Positions 41,436 through 55,210 of a stretch of DNA of 64,000 nt are shown one piece after another; the stretch's first letter is position 1; each line of letters begins with the position of its first letter. The stretch lies in NCBI GenBank assembly GCA_951406725.2, contig OX597824.1, positions 55,056,001 to 55,120,000 of the forward strand, in the 5' to 3' direction. The position numbers and the translations under genes were made by a program. The notes under the pieces are model-generated. The model saw only the letters and a program-made list of their open reading frames with translations. It was not told the origin of the DNA and made no database searches. This stretch comes from Octopus vulgaris (Eukaryota).

Positions 41436-41997
41436 CACCTAGTTTTTCTACCAGTAATTTTTTAACATTTTTCTATATAGGATTGCGCTCTTGGACATTA
41501 TAATTTATAATTTTGTATCTCCATATGTGTTCTGTATTGATTGTTTTTGTCTCGGCTTGAAAATATATTGAAATATATATGTATATTCTGATATATACAT
41601 GGTATTTTGATCTTCATGGAGTTTTCCATTGGTGTCGGGTGTATACACGTATCATATCTTAGGTTGTTGGCTTGGGACTTTGTTATACTAATACGTAACT
41701 AGTATGGGTCTATATTTAGTATATGTTGTGTATTTTTGGATAAACATGTATATATATATTTACTTATATTTTGTGTGTATGTGTATGTATTTTTCAGTAT
41801 GTATATGTATATATTTGTATATGTATATGTTTATGTGTAGGTGTATGTATTAGTCTACGCATACTTGTGTATACGTATGTGGATATATGTGATTGTATAT
41901 GTATATATATCTTCCTTGTAAGCTTTCCCATGTATTTGTTTGGCAGTCTTATATATTAAGTTCTCTTTGTATACATCTAAATTTGTATTTTATTTTA

Positions 41998-42042
<45 letters not shown>

Positions 42043-42608
42043 CTCCTTCTTTATTATTACTATTATCATTACTTTATTTTATTTTATTTTATTTGTTAAT
42101 CCTTATTTATTATTTTTTAATTTTATCTTTTATTTATTTATGGCAACTATTTGTTTCCTCAGATGAAAAGCGTGACCTCTAGGACAAAATTCCTCATCTT
42201 TTAAAATGTGGCCCTATTACACCCAAGTGAAATCGGCTTATATTAACCAAACAAGTAAAACAATGAAAAACTATGACATTTTAATCCCAAGTAAGTTCGG
42301 GTATCTCTGTAGGTCTACTACATATTTGTGAAAAGGGCAGACGTTGTCTCACAAGCAGTTATACAGGTAAAGTGTTAGTAAATATGGTAGGATTCAGTTG
42401 AAAATTTGCACACATATGTTAAAAGTCCTGGCGAGTTTGCATGACAACTTTGAGTTTGCTAAATTGAAAAGTGTGGCCTCTAGGGCAAAATTCCTCATCT
42501 TTAAAGTGTAGCCCGCGTAGACCCGAATGAAATCGAATTACAATACCGAAACAAATAAAACAATGATAAACTATTTTAATCCTGAGCAAGACCGGGTTTC
42601 TCTGCTAC

Positions 42609-43326
42609 CTATATATATATAAATGAGGCTTCGGGTCAAAAGTGTGTGCACGTTTTGCTACGTCAGAGGTTGGCGGCCACACCAGTGGTCAGATCGAGCT
42701 GAAAATTGACACAGGCATAGAAGGTGTGATGAGGCAGAGAGTTGAGTTGGTTAAAACTCACCATCTGGAAAGATGTGGTTGCTATGGTAGAAGATTCAAG
42801 GGGACTCTAAGCCCCCCCCCCCCCGATTGGCGCGATTGGCATTTAATCCTATGTATAAATTGAAAAAGACGAACGTAGACACAAATTGGATTTTTATGTA
42901 AAAAGGTGTCTAAATGGGGCTGGAAGGGGATTCAAATTTACAGGAGGGGGTAACTTGAGGGGGGAAATTGATTGGGAGACGTTTTGTGGCGCTACAGTGG
43001 TTGCTTTGGTGTGAAAACTAGGATTTTATTGATTTGGAGGGACACTTTGTGGTCTAGATCGGACACCTTTTGCCCGATTTCAATCAAATTTTCAACATGG
43101 TAAAGTGGAAGCGGATTTGTAATTTAAACGTGGAAATCTAATTTTTTTATAAATGGCAGAGAGATAGATAAAGAAAGATAAAGAGTAAGAGAAAGCGAGG
43201 GAAAGTCTGAGAGAAAGGAAGAGTAAGAGAGTGGGAAAATGAGAAAGGATAGAGAAACAGAAGGGAAGCAACAGAAAGTAACAACCACAACCTCACCCAC
43301 GCATAGAGTGGGTCACCTTAAGCTAG
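42609..43326 (+). mobile_element. Non-autonomous Helitron, preceded by Helitron 3' pieces (42140-42608)
   Basis: 3' hairpin cccac/gtggg followed by CTAG|T at 43323-43327. Confidence 0.7.
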
Positions 43327-43439
43327 TATACCTAGTAACTCCAAAAATTCTATAACTAATAACTACAATTATCAGAATAACCAAAAGACAATTACCCCTA
43401 ATCCATATAGACATAATAGCATAGTACCAACTAATAATT

Positions 43440-43837
43440 TAAATTGTAATTGTAGATACCCAAATGCTTGTGAAGTAGATGAAAATAGAAAATGAAAGTA
43501 GTATACCAAGCAACAATTATTATCAATAATTTTTCTAAATATATATACATCGCTTGTATGAAGAATTCTTTAAAATTGAGAATAAATAATCATAAATCCT
43601 CCTTTAATGACCCTAGAAAAGAGAATAGCACAGGTCTACCTAACAAAGTTTGGCAACTCAAAAGGAGCAATACAGATTACTCAATCTTATTATAGATATA
43701 ATAACAAAATCTGTAAATTATGCCTGGAAGAGAGTTATAATAAAATGAAAATGAATGGTCTCCTTGTTAATACCAGGGATGTAAAAGTTTTTTTATGCAG
43801 ACATATGTCCAAATTCCTTTTTATTAATCATAAATAA
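43440..43837 (+). pseudogene. Naiad-type GIY-YIG relic
   Basis: NCNCRYPNAC, VVYQATI..YI, RINNHKSSF, CKLCLEE, CRH. Confidence 0.75.
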
Positions 43838-44139
43838 TATTCCCCTGCCCACCTTTAAATTTTTTTATTATCATTTTCCTTCTCTTTCTAATAAATCTTT
43901 TTCTTTAAATCTCTCTCTCTCTCTCTCCCTATTAACCTTCTCTATGGTATCAGATTATTATTATTCTAATACTCTGCCCATCAATTAATCTTATACTCTA
44001 TGGATATTTATTATTTAACCATCCCCTCTTATAATTACATGACCCACCTTATATTGATCTAGCACCTTTTCCAAATCTCCATACACCTCCCTTTCTCTCA
44101 ATATATTCTTGGATATTCCCTTAGTATATATATATATAT

Positions 44140-45423
44140 CAAAATAGCTGAACATCAATGGAATTTGTATCTTTGTGGTACCAGTGCTGGTGGCACACAA
44201 GAAAACCCGTGGCCCCTACCTGGAACGTAGTCAGTCCACCTGTGCATACCTTCCTTCTTGTGACACTTGTGAAGACCTGTTGAGGCAAGTGAAAATCAAA
44301 TCAAATCAAAACAAATCAAAATAGATGAACATCAATGGAATTTGTATCTCTGTGGTACCAGTGCTGGTGGCACACAAGAAAACCATCCGAACGTGGCCGT
44401 AGCCAGTACCGCATCGACTGGCCTCCGTGCTGTGGGCACGTAACAAACACCATCCGATCGTGGCCGTTCGCCAGCCTCATCTGGCACCTGTGTCGGTGGC
44501 ACATAAAAACACCATCCGAAGACCCGGCAAGACTAGTCAGGCCATAACCCGTGGCCCCTACCTGGAACGTAGTCAGTCCACCTGTGCATACCTTCCTTCT
44601 TGTGACACTTGTGAAGACCTGTTGAGGCAAGTGAAAATCAAATCAAATCAAAACAAATCAAAATAGATGAACATCAATGGAATTTGTATCTTTGTGGTAC
44701 CAGTGCCGGTGGCACACAAGAAAACCATCCGAACATGGCTGTAGCCAGTACCGCATCGACTGACCTCCATGCTGTGGGCACGTAGAAAACACCATCCGAT
44801 CGTGGCCGTTCGCCAGCCTCATCTGGCACCTGTGTCGGTGGCACATAAAAACACCATCCGAAGACCCGGCAAGACTAGTCAGGCCATAACCCGTGGGCCC
44901 TACCTGGGACGTAGTCAGTCCACCTGTGCATACCTTCCTTCTTGTGACACTTGTGAATACCTGTTGAGGCAAGTGAAAATCAAATCAAATCAAAACAAAT
45001 CAAAATAGATGAACATCAATGGAATTTGTATCTCTGTGGTACCAGTGCCGGTGGCACACAAGAAAACCATCCGAACGTGGCCGTAGCCAGTACCGCATCG
45101 ACTGGCCTCCGTGCTGTGGGCACGTAACAAACACCATCCAATCGTGGCCGTTCGCCAGCCTCATCTGGCACCTGTGTCGGTGGCACATAAAAACACCATC
45201 CGAGCGTGGCCGTCTGCCAGCCTCGTCTGGCACCTGTGTCGGTGGCACATAAAATCACCCACTACACTCTCGGAGTGGTTGGCGTTAGGAAGGGCATCCA
45301 GCTGTAGAAACACTGCCAGATCTGACTGGCCTGGTGCAGCCTTCGGGCTTCCCAGACCCCAGTTGAACCGTCCAACCCATGCTAGCATGGAAAGCGGATG
45401 TTAAATGATGATGATGATGATGA

Positions 45424-45427
<4 letters not shown>
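44140..45427 (+). repeat. 342-bp tandem array ending in an RTE-type 3' tail
   Basis: Unit starts at 44140 (internally deleted), 44317, 44659 and 45001. Confidence 0.9.
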
Positions 45428-45478
<51 letters not shown>

Positions 45479-45752
45479 CTTTCTGTAATTCGTTTCTTTT
45501 GCATAATATGTACTTAATTGCACCCTCTCTTATCTATTCCAATTATTATAGTTTAAGGTTACTTGCGAATCTAACTGATGTTCAGTTACATCTTACAGCT
45601 GATATATGCATACACATATAATAATAATTCTTGGTACCCAACTCATCTACAAAATGTATGCACTTATAGATATAATTTTTTATTTACCATTTTGTGTTGT
45701 TCAACTAATTGATTTATATTATCATTTTATTATTATTGTTGTTGTTGTTGTT

Positions 45753-45783
<31 letters not shown>

Positions 45784-46008
45784 TTATTATTATTATCATC
45801 ATCATCATCATTACTAGTATTACTATTGTTGCTTATTAGCTATATATTAACACTGATTTATATTTTATTTATAAAATGATTACACATGTACGTATGTCCA
45901 ACATTCATAAACATGCATATTCAGATGTGTATATATATAAGAATTTTTTGTGTAATGAAATAAAAAAAACCAAGGCTGTATAGATATTAGAGCATTTATA
46001 GATAGAAT

Positions 46009-46060
46009 GTCTTACAGCTGTTTCTAGGATATTAATTAATAATATCCCTTCATTGGAGAC
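46009..46060 (-). ncRNA. Decayed type I hammerhead (core CCAATGA)
   Basis: Minus strand: gtct-CCAATGA-..ggatatt/aatatcc..-GAAA-cagctg-TA-agac; the same 3' half recurs at 40724-40744. Confidence 0.6.
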
Positions 46061-46844
46061 GGTGTGAGAGGAAAAATTAAGTCATAGTTAGTTTCAATGT
46101 GATACAAAATAGAAAGTGAGGTAGAGGAAAGAATATAGATGTAAGATATGTATGGGTATTGAATTCGTGAATCCGTTTTATAGGCTTAATGGTTTATATG
46201 CAATATTCCAATATCCTTTGAGTAAAATCCAAAAGACCAACAGAGTTTTATATGAGTCCATCCAAATATAGAGTTTATAAGCAATGTAGGATTCTCTTAA
46301 ATTTGGTCATTCCCAGTAGGGAATTTATATTGAGTGTAGCAGGTTTTGTATTTAAACTGACCTAGAAATAGGGAGTGTATTAGTATGGGTAAATTGAAAA
46401 CAGGAAGAGAGGAATGAAAAAAAAAGGAAAAAAGAAAGGAAAGAAAGAATGAAAGAGAAAAGAGAAATAAGATTAGTAAAAATAACAAAGAATAAAGAAT
46501 AAAAGCCCTGAAGATATGAATAAAGGGAATAAGGAAAAGAAAAAAGAAAAATTAAGATATAGGTTGGTCAGTGGTCAGTGGAGATAATTTGAAAGCAGGA
46601 GTGGGGATAGAGAGAGAAAGGTATTATAGTGTAAAAGATAGGAGGGGAGGTTAAGAGGTAGAGGAAATACCAATGTGTTGTAGTAGCTTCTAATTGTGAG
46701 GTAAATATATGAAGAATTAAGGAAATGGCAGTGTTAAGTAGTCTGAGAAAATATATATGTAAAGATGAATATACATGTATATATCAGATAAGTTACAAAT
46801 ATAATTCTCGTGTATCATCGTCCCTGCATATGCAGTTATATATA

Positions 46845-46887
<43 letters not shown>

Positions 46888-46891
<4 letters not shown>

Positions 46892-48169
46892 CAGAGATAC
46901 CCGGCATTGCCCGGTTACATTCAATTGAAGAATTAGGCTTTTCTGTTATATTTTCTGTAATGAACTGGAATATCTATGTTTCGAATTTCATCAAAATTGC
47001 AGATGAGGGTTATTTTCCACTTTACACACCCTAAAAAAATTGTAATCGTGCCACATGTATCCTATACTACTGATTTTTATGTGCATATTCCAAAATTCCA
47101 GTCTTAAAGAACCTGTTAAAAGGATTTTGCTTCTGAAAAATGAAGGTCATGGAGCTCTAAAATGTGAGAGTTAAGGCCCCTGTTGGGGGTGGGCATCTTA
47201 ATGTCAACCAGAGAAGTTGAATTGTTGAGAAGCTTTTTAACTTGGGTCATATATCTATTGTTTGGATTTCTTTGAAATAGGAAATATATGTTCATTGGGT
47301 TTATAAAAGAGAGCAAAGATGAATGATCGAAATAAGCAGTCAGCTACAATACCCTAGTCGTTACCACTCCCAATGTAGTATTCCTCACCATGCAGGTGAC
47401 AGGCACAGCCGTAAGATGCATTACAAATCTATAGCAATTGGAAGGGCGTGACCCAACTGAAATAAACATTAACAACTGTGTGACATGAGGGCTAAGGAGA
47501 AATGAAAGTTGGAGTTTGCAAATGACCACTATACTGGACAGAATAAATTTACAATCTATAAATGTCTTTGAATAACCAGTCACTCATCTGGGAAGGTCTT
47601 GAAATCAATGTTACCATGTGGGGACTATGTGTTTCCGAGTGATAATAAAAAAAAAACTGAAAGGAGGTGTGCAATCAAATAACTTTACTCAACACTTTGC
47701 AACTGAATCAGTGGAAGCAAAGATGCCTCCCATTTACTTGACAATTTATGCACCACATTGCAGAATTCACAATGTAAGTGTATGTCAAAGCAAACTCTTA
47801 CACTGTTGTACCATTGAATTAGAAATAATGCCCAACTTTTATGCTCGGGTCCCCTACAGCTTCCAAGAGCACAACTGTATTCGTTTTTGCTTAGATAAAA
47901 TGACAAAATTGTGGGTGTTAAGTCCCCTTGGAGGGGTCTTTCTAACTTGTAAGAAGATGAAATTTTATAAATATTACTTCATTTGTGTCTAAAATTTATG
48001 GTTAAAATTTCATCAGCAGCAAAAATATATGAATTGTCATGGGGGTTATGGCCCTTATGCATAGAATATAATTTCCAAATTTCCTAAAGATCCATTCAGT
48101 ACTTTTGACATAGTTTTGGATCATAAAAGAAATGACTAAAATTTGGGAGTCAAGGCTCCCATTAGGGTG

Positions 48170-48170
<1 letters not shown>
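46888..48170 (-). mobile_element. Helitron-derived element (3' end at 46888)
   Basis: tagcagagatacccggcattgcccgg resembles the other Helitron 3' ends; right boundary uncertain. Confidence 0.5.
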
Positions 48171-48228
<58 letters not shown>

Positions 48229-48240
48229 CATATATATATA

Positions 48241-50732
48241 CTAGCAGTATCGCCCGGCGTTGCTCGGGTTGTAAGGGAAATAACTATATAAGCATTTTTA
48301 GAGAGTTATAGCCAAAAAATAGCAAAAAAATGCATTAAAAATTGAAAAAAAATTAAGGTAAATTTTTTTTTTAAATCGTTGACACATCGTAGATATTTTT
48401 AGAGAGTTACTTCCCTTATATAAAAGCGAAAAAAATGCATTAAAATGGAAAAATATGATGGTAAATTTTTTTTAAATCGTAGACTCATCGTAGACGCGCG
48501 CTAATACCCAGAAGGGCTCGATATGAATCACGACTATAAGATACCCGCTTTTGGTTAAACTGCACCGCAAAATGTGGGAGTAGTTACGAATCTAAATCGA
48601 AGGGGACAGACACACAACTTCACTCTTATATAAAGATGCTTTTTTTTTTTCAGTCATAGAGTTAGATTTATGAAGGTCTTCAGTAGAAAATCCTTCGAAT
48701 TCTGACTCGCTGCTTGATATAATGAAATTCGTATCCATTTTTTGTCAGAATTACAAATTTTGAAAACACAATAGGAACAAATTTCGGAAAAAAATCTCCC
48801 ATAATTCACGGAATTAAAATTACACTTCGATTTTTGTACAAAACTGTATTTGAAGTGTTTACGAAGTATAATACGTGTTTTCACGAATGTACTAAAGAGA
48901 TTTACTCTGATTTTCTCATTTAAATATGAATAGGTAAATTCGGGCGGTTTGGTAACGAAAGGGTTTTTATAAGTGTCGTCTGTTTATACATAAACACTGT
49001 TTCATACTTTCAGTTTAGTCTTCCTCAAATCACTCTGTCGCTAATTTACTCTCTTCCAAGAACATTTTCACTCACTCTTATCTGTTAGCTTCCCATACAT
49101 TTTACTCATGTATCTATCAGCGTGATAGACAGAAACAAATATTACATCTAGTTTCACTTTATTCGTTGCACACTGTGTGTGTGCGTTTGCGTGTGCTGTA
49201 AACCAGACTAAGAAAAGCATTTGACATACACACCAGAATGTGAGTTTTCTGTAAATTTTGCTTAATTGGAGTTTAAATTTTAAAAACTGGACCTGGCATG
49301 ACCCGATGCATTCTACTCTTAAAAATGCTAGGTAAATTGTAATTGAAGAAATCCTATATTGTAGATTTCTATAACTTACAAAGGGAGGCAGATAAATCTG
49401 CCTTTTATAATAAGACTAGCAGTATCGCCCGGCGTTGCTCGGGTTTGTAAGGGAAATAACTATATAAGCATTTTTAGAGAGTTATAGCCAAAAAATAGCA
49501 AAAAATGCATTAAAAATGGAAAAAATATGATGGTAAATTTTTTTTTAAATCGTTGACTCATCGTAGACATTTTTAGAGAGTTACTTCCCTTATATAATAG
49601 CGAAAAAATGCATTAAAATGGAAAAAAAACGATGGTAAATTTTTTTTTAAATCGTAGACTCATGTAGACGCTTTCTTAGCCATTTCTGTTTTGGTGTCTT
49701 CAAGCCATGAAGTCGTTGTTCTAAAAGAACACTGGTCTCCTTGACAACGCATTACGACGTTGATTTCCTTACACTCCCTTCCCCACAGGTGCAGGTGTGA
49801 GCGTGGACGCCAACTCCGCCGCCATCGACACACGAAAAATTATGCATTAAAATGGAATAAAAAATGATGTTAAATTATTTTTAAAATCGTAGACTCATCG
49901 TAGACGCGCGCTAATATTCAGACGGGCTCGATATGAATCACGACTATAAGCTACCCGAATTTGGTTAAACTGTACCGCAAAATGTGGGAGTAGTTAGGAA
50001 TCTAAATCGAAGGGGACAGACACTCACACAACTACAGTTTTATATATATAGATATACATAGCGCAGTAGTGGTGAGATATGACAACAAAGAAAAGCATAC
50101 ATTCACTCTCTGCATGCAATTAGACTCGGAAAGTTCGTGAGGAACCCATTGACCCAATTTGCTGACTTTTCCGATAGCACACAGGTGTCAATGAATGGTT
50201 GAATGACCAAATCCAAGCTTCTCTGCTAGTTCCTCAACAGTTACGATGATATTTTGTTCCACCAGGGTTTTCAGGATGTCCTTGTCGAGTTCTACAGATC
50301 TTTCAGGATGAGGCTCGTCTTCTAGGCCGTAGTTTATGGCTCGGGATTTCTGGAACCACCATTGACACTGCCTTACGCTTATTGTCCAATCCCCATATAC
50401 TGCATTAATATTTCTTGTACTTTGCACACATTTATATTCTGTTATTGTTTTATATGTTTCAGCCTTGAGGTTGTGGCCATGCTGGATCATGTGTGTGTGT
50501 GTGTGTGTGTGTGTCTATCTGTCTGTCTGTCTGTATGTATATATGTATATGTATGTGTGTGAACAATAATATTTTCAACAGATGTGTTGCAAATGTATCT
50601 GATTGTTCTCAAGCTTCAATACTGTGTGTGTGTGTATGTGTGTGTGTATGTATGTATGTATATGTATGTATGTATGTATATGTATGTGTGTATGTATGTA
50701 TGTATGTGTGTGTGTATGTATGTGTGTGTGTA

Positions 50733-50763
<31 letters not shown>

Positions 50764-53171
50764 ATGTATGTATGTATGTATGTATGTATGTATGTATGTA
50801 TGTATGTATGTATGTATGAGTGTATGTTTACTTTATTACTAATTACTCTCTTCCAAGAACATTTTCACTCACTCTTAGCTTCCCATACATTTTACTCATG
50901 TATCTATCAGCGTCATAGACAGAATACTTTCACTTTAGTCTTCCTCAAATCACTGTGTCGCTATTTACTTTCATTTTATTCGTTGCCCACTGTGTGTGTG
51001 CGTTTGCGTGTGGTGTAAACCAGACTAAGAAAAGCATTTGACACACACACCAGAATGTGAGTTTTCTGTAAATTTTGCTTAATTGGAGTTTAAATTTTAA
51101 AAACTGGACCTGGCATGACGCGATGCATTGTACTCTTAAAACTGCTAGGTAAATTGTAATTGAAGAAATCCTATATTGTAGATTTGTATAACTCCCAAAG
51201 GGAGGCAGATAAAATCTGCCTTTTATAATAAGACTAGCAGTATCACCCGGCGTTGCTCGGGTTGTAAGGGAAATAACTATATAAGCATTTTTAGAGAGTT
51301 ATAGCCAAAAAATGCATTAAAAATTGAAAAAAAATTAAGGTAAATATTTTTTAAATCGTTGACACATCGTAGATATTTTTAGAGAGTTACTTCCCTTATA
51401 TAAAAGCGAAAAAAATGCATTAAAATGGAAAAATATGATGGTAAATTTTTTTTAAATCGTAGACTCATCGTAGACGCACCCAGAAGGGCTCGATATGAAT
51501 CACGACTATAAGATACCCGCTTTTGGTTAAACTGCACCGCAAAATGTGGGAGTAGTTAGGAATCGAAATCGTAGGAGACAGACACACAACTTCACTCTTA
51601 TATAAAGATGCTTTTTTTTTTCAGTCATAGAGTTAGATTTATGAAGGTCTTCAGTAGAAAATCCTTCGAATTCTGACTCGCTGCTTGATATAATGAAATT
51701 CGTATCCATTTTTTGTCAGAATTACAAATTTTGAAAACACAATAGGAACAAATTTCGGAAAAAAACCTCCCATAATTCACGGAATTAAAATTACACTTCG
51801 ATTTTTGTACAAAACTGTAGTTGAAGTGTTTACGAAGTATAATACGTGTTTTCACGAATGTACTAAAGAGATTTGCTCTGATATTCTCATTTAAATATGA
51901 ATAGGTAAATTCGGGCGGCTTGGTAACTATATATAAGTGTCGTCTGTTTATACATAAACACTGTTTCATACTGCAATTATGTATACATATATCTATATAT
52001 AATATTATATAATAAAATATATACAGAGTAAAATAAAAACCAATTTACCTTTTCTGTCCTCCGTGTGTCTTTGCAAATGTGTTGGAATGATAAGTGAGTT
52101 GTGTTTTTGCGCCTTTTTTACTAATAACAAACACACACGTGTTTGTATGTAGTTGTATGTGTATGTAGTTGTATGTAGTTGTATATGTATGTGTATGCGT
52201 GTGTGTGAGGAATGACACACACACACTCTCGCAAGCACACATGTACATCAATGCTTTCGGAGTGATATGTTAAAATATTGAGTTTTCTCGAATTTTGTCT
52301 TAATTGGGGGTGAAATTGAAAGAAATATATTATGGCATGAGCGAATGGAGTACTTTGAAAAATCTTAGGTAAATTCTAATTGAAGAAATTGTGTGAGGAC
52401 TAAATGGTTATGTATTTATTTGTTTCTGTTTGCTGTGTTTTTTTATTTTTTGAGTAGTGGTTTAATTACTTTCAGTTTAGGCTTCCTCAAATCACTCTGT
52501 CGCTATTTACTTTCATTTTATTCGTTGCCCACTGTGTGTGTGCGTTTGCGTGTGGTGTAAACCAGACTAAGAAAAGCATTTGACACACACACAAGAATGT
52601 GAGTTTTCTGTAAATTTTGCTTAATTGGAGTTTAAATTTTAAAAACTGGACCTGGCATGACGCAATGCATTGTACTCTTAAAAATGCAAGGTAAATTGTA
52701 ATTAAAGAAATCCTATATTGTAGATTTGTATAACTCCCAAAGGGAGGCAGATAAAATCTGCCTTTTATAATAAGAGACTAGCAGTATCGCCCGGCGTTGC
52801 TCGGGTTTGTAAGGGAAATAATTATATAAGCATTTTTAGAGATGTAAAGTATAATAGCCATCTCAATATGGCTAACCACAAAGGGGGAGGGGTGTTACTG
52901 TAGCTTTTTACGTTCTGAGATTTAATAATAAATTTTAGAGAGTTACTTCCCTTATATATGTCAAAAATGGATTAAAAATGGGAAAAATTGATGGTAATTT
53001 TTTTTTAAATCGTAGACTCATCGTAGACGCGCGCTAATACCCAGACGGTCTCGATATGAATCACGACTATAAGATACCCGGTTTTGGTTAAACTGCACCG
53101 CAAAATGTGGGAGTAGTTAGGAATCTAAATCGTAGGAGACAGACACACAACCTCACTTTTATATATAAAGA
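48241..53171 (-). mobile_element. Cluster of tandem and chimeric non-autonomous Helitrons
   Basis: CTAG 3' ends at 48241, 49416, 51234, 52778; TC 5' ends at 48636, 49415, 50052, 51233, 51608, about 52775, 53171. Confidence 0.85.
50075..50425 (-). pseudogene. mariner transposase N-terminal relic
   Basis: RNINAVYG..QWWFQK..LEDEP..TVEELAEKLG..STIH, then the WVPHEL motif near 50131-50150. Confidence 0.85.
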
Positions 53172-53335
53172 TTTCCTCTATTTACATAATATTGAGGTCT
53201 CTTTCTTTCTTTTGTTATCTTACTGTTTTTAACAATATACACATATATATATATATATAAATGTATAAATAGTTACAGAGATGTACTTGCATAGCAAGTG
53301 ACTTGATCTGAGATCGTGTGCTGGAACGAAAACAG

Positions 53336-53594
53336 TTGCAGCGTTGAAGGTGTTTATAAGCCATTTAAGAAACACACAAAAACCGTTAGATTCACTTCAA
53401 CATTTAAATTTAATTTGTCAAAATATTTTCGTCGCTTTGAGACCGCGACCTGTTAGCACGATATTTTTGTCAGTGAACAGGTCGCGGTCTCAAAGCGACG
53501 AAAATATTTTGGCAAATGAAATTTAAATGTTGAAGTGAATGTAACGGTTTTTGTGTGTTTCTTAAATGGCTTACAAACACCTTCCACGCTGCAA
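53336..53594. repeat. Inverted repeat (arms about 118 bp) of the G3-C8 hammerhead family
   Basis: 53336-53454 is the reverse complement of 53476-53594. Confidence 0.85.
53466..53516 (+). ncRNA. Hammerhead-like motif with G3-C8 core (GTGAACA)
   Basis: tttgtca-GTGAACA-g gtcgc ggtctcaaa gcgac-GAAA-atat-TT-tggcaaa. Confidence 0.65.
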
Positions 53595-53649
53595 TATATA
53601 TATATACACACATATATATATATATGTATGTATGCATGTATGTGTGTGT

Positions 53650-53872
53650 GTGTGCGTGTCTGTGCTTGTGATTGTCCTCCACCACTGCTTGACAACGAAT
53701 GTTGGTTTGTTTACATCCCTGTCACCTAGTGGTTTGACAAAGGAAACAGATAGAATAAGTACAATGCTTACAAAAATAAAACTGGAGTTGATTCATTAAA
53801 CTACAATTCTTCAAGGCATTGCCCCAGCATGGCCACAGACCAATGGCTGGAAAAAGCAGAAGAATAAAAGAA
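53650..53872 (+). mobile_element. SINE 3' half with CR1-like tail
   Basis: gatagaataagtac..gccccagcatggccacag, the reverse of 17945-18140. Confidence 0.7.
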
Positions 53873-53939
53873 TACATTCTCTACTTTGGTCTTATGTTCA
53901 AGGCATAAGAAAGCTTGAGTTTACATGAGAAGGCCTAAC

Positions 53940-54313
53940 AGACCTGGTAGAAACAGCAGCCAAATCTCCCTCAAATCACACCTTACTGTCTTATGTATGT
54001 ATATATATATGAGCCAATGAGGGGGACCTCTACATGGTAGCTAGACCTGGTAGAGATAGCAGCCAAATTTCCCCCAAATCACACCTTACTGTCTTATCTA
54101 TGTATATATGTATGTATGAGCCTATGAGGGAGACCCCTACATGGCAGCTAGACCTGGTAGAAATAGCAGCCAAATTTCCCCCAAATCACACCTTACTGTC
54201 TTATCTATGTATATATGTATGTATGAGCCTATGAGGGAGACCCCTACATGGCAGCTAGACATGGTAGAAATAGCAGCCAAATCTCCCTCAAATCACACCT
54301 TACTGTCTTATCT
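53940..54313 (+). repeat. About 107-bp tandem repeat, 3.5 copies
   Basis: gacctggtagaaatagcagccaaat at 53941, 54044, 54151, 54258. Confidence 0.9.
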
Positions 54314-54529
54314 TTCTGCTACTTATATTCGTCGTAAAAAACTTTCCTGTCACACACTCACGCACACGCACACACACACACACACACACACACCTCACAC
54401 ACACACACGCGCACACACACACACACACACACTCACACACACGCACGTTAGCTTACAATTTTATTTATATATTTGCGTGTCTGTGTTGAAAGAGGAAGTG
54501 GGAGGCAGAGTGAAAGAATCACTCACTAC

Positions 54530-54918
<389 letters not shown>

Positions 54919-55210
54919 TATAAATATATACACACACACACATACAAAGATAGATTGATAGATACAACTGAGTGGACAAACAAAAATATGAGGCACAGCC
55001 TAGTGCTTTTTTTATGTTGATAAGCCTGGTACTTATTCTATTAGTTTGTTCTTGTGAAACCAGTAAGTTATGTGGATGTAAATAAATTAACAGCAGTTGT
55101 GAAGCAATGATGAGGGAGAAACACAAAGACACACACATAGACTTACATATATACATACATATATTTACGAATGATTTGTTTCAGTTCCTGTCTACGAAAT
55201 CCATATATAT

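Noticed and set aside
44140-45250. CRISPR-like repeat-spacer array
   Set aside because: Whole units repeat with no unique spacers; no cas genes; eukaryotic TE context
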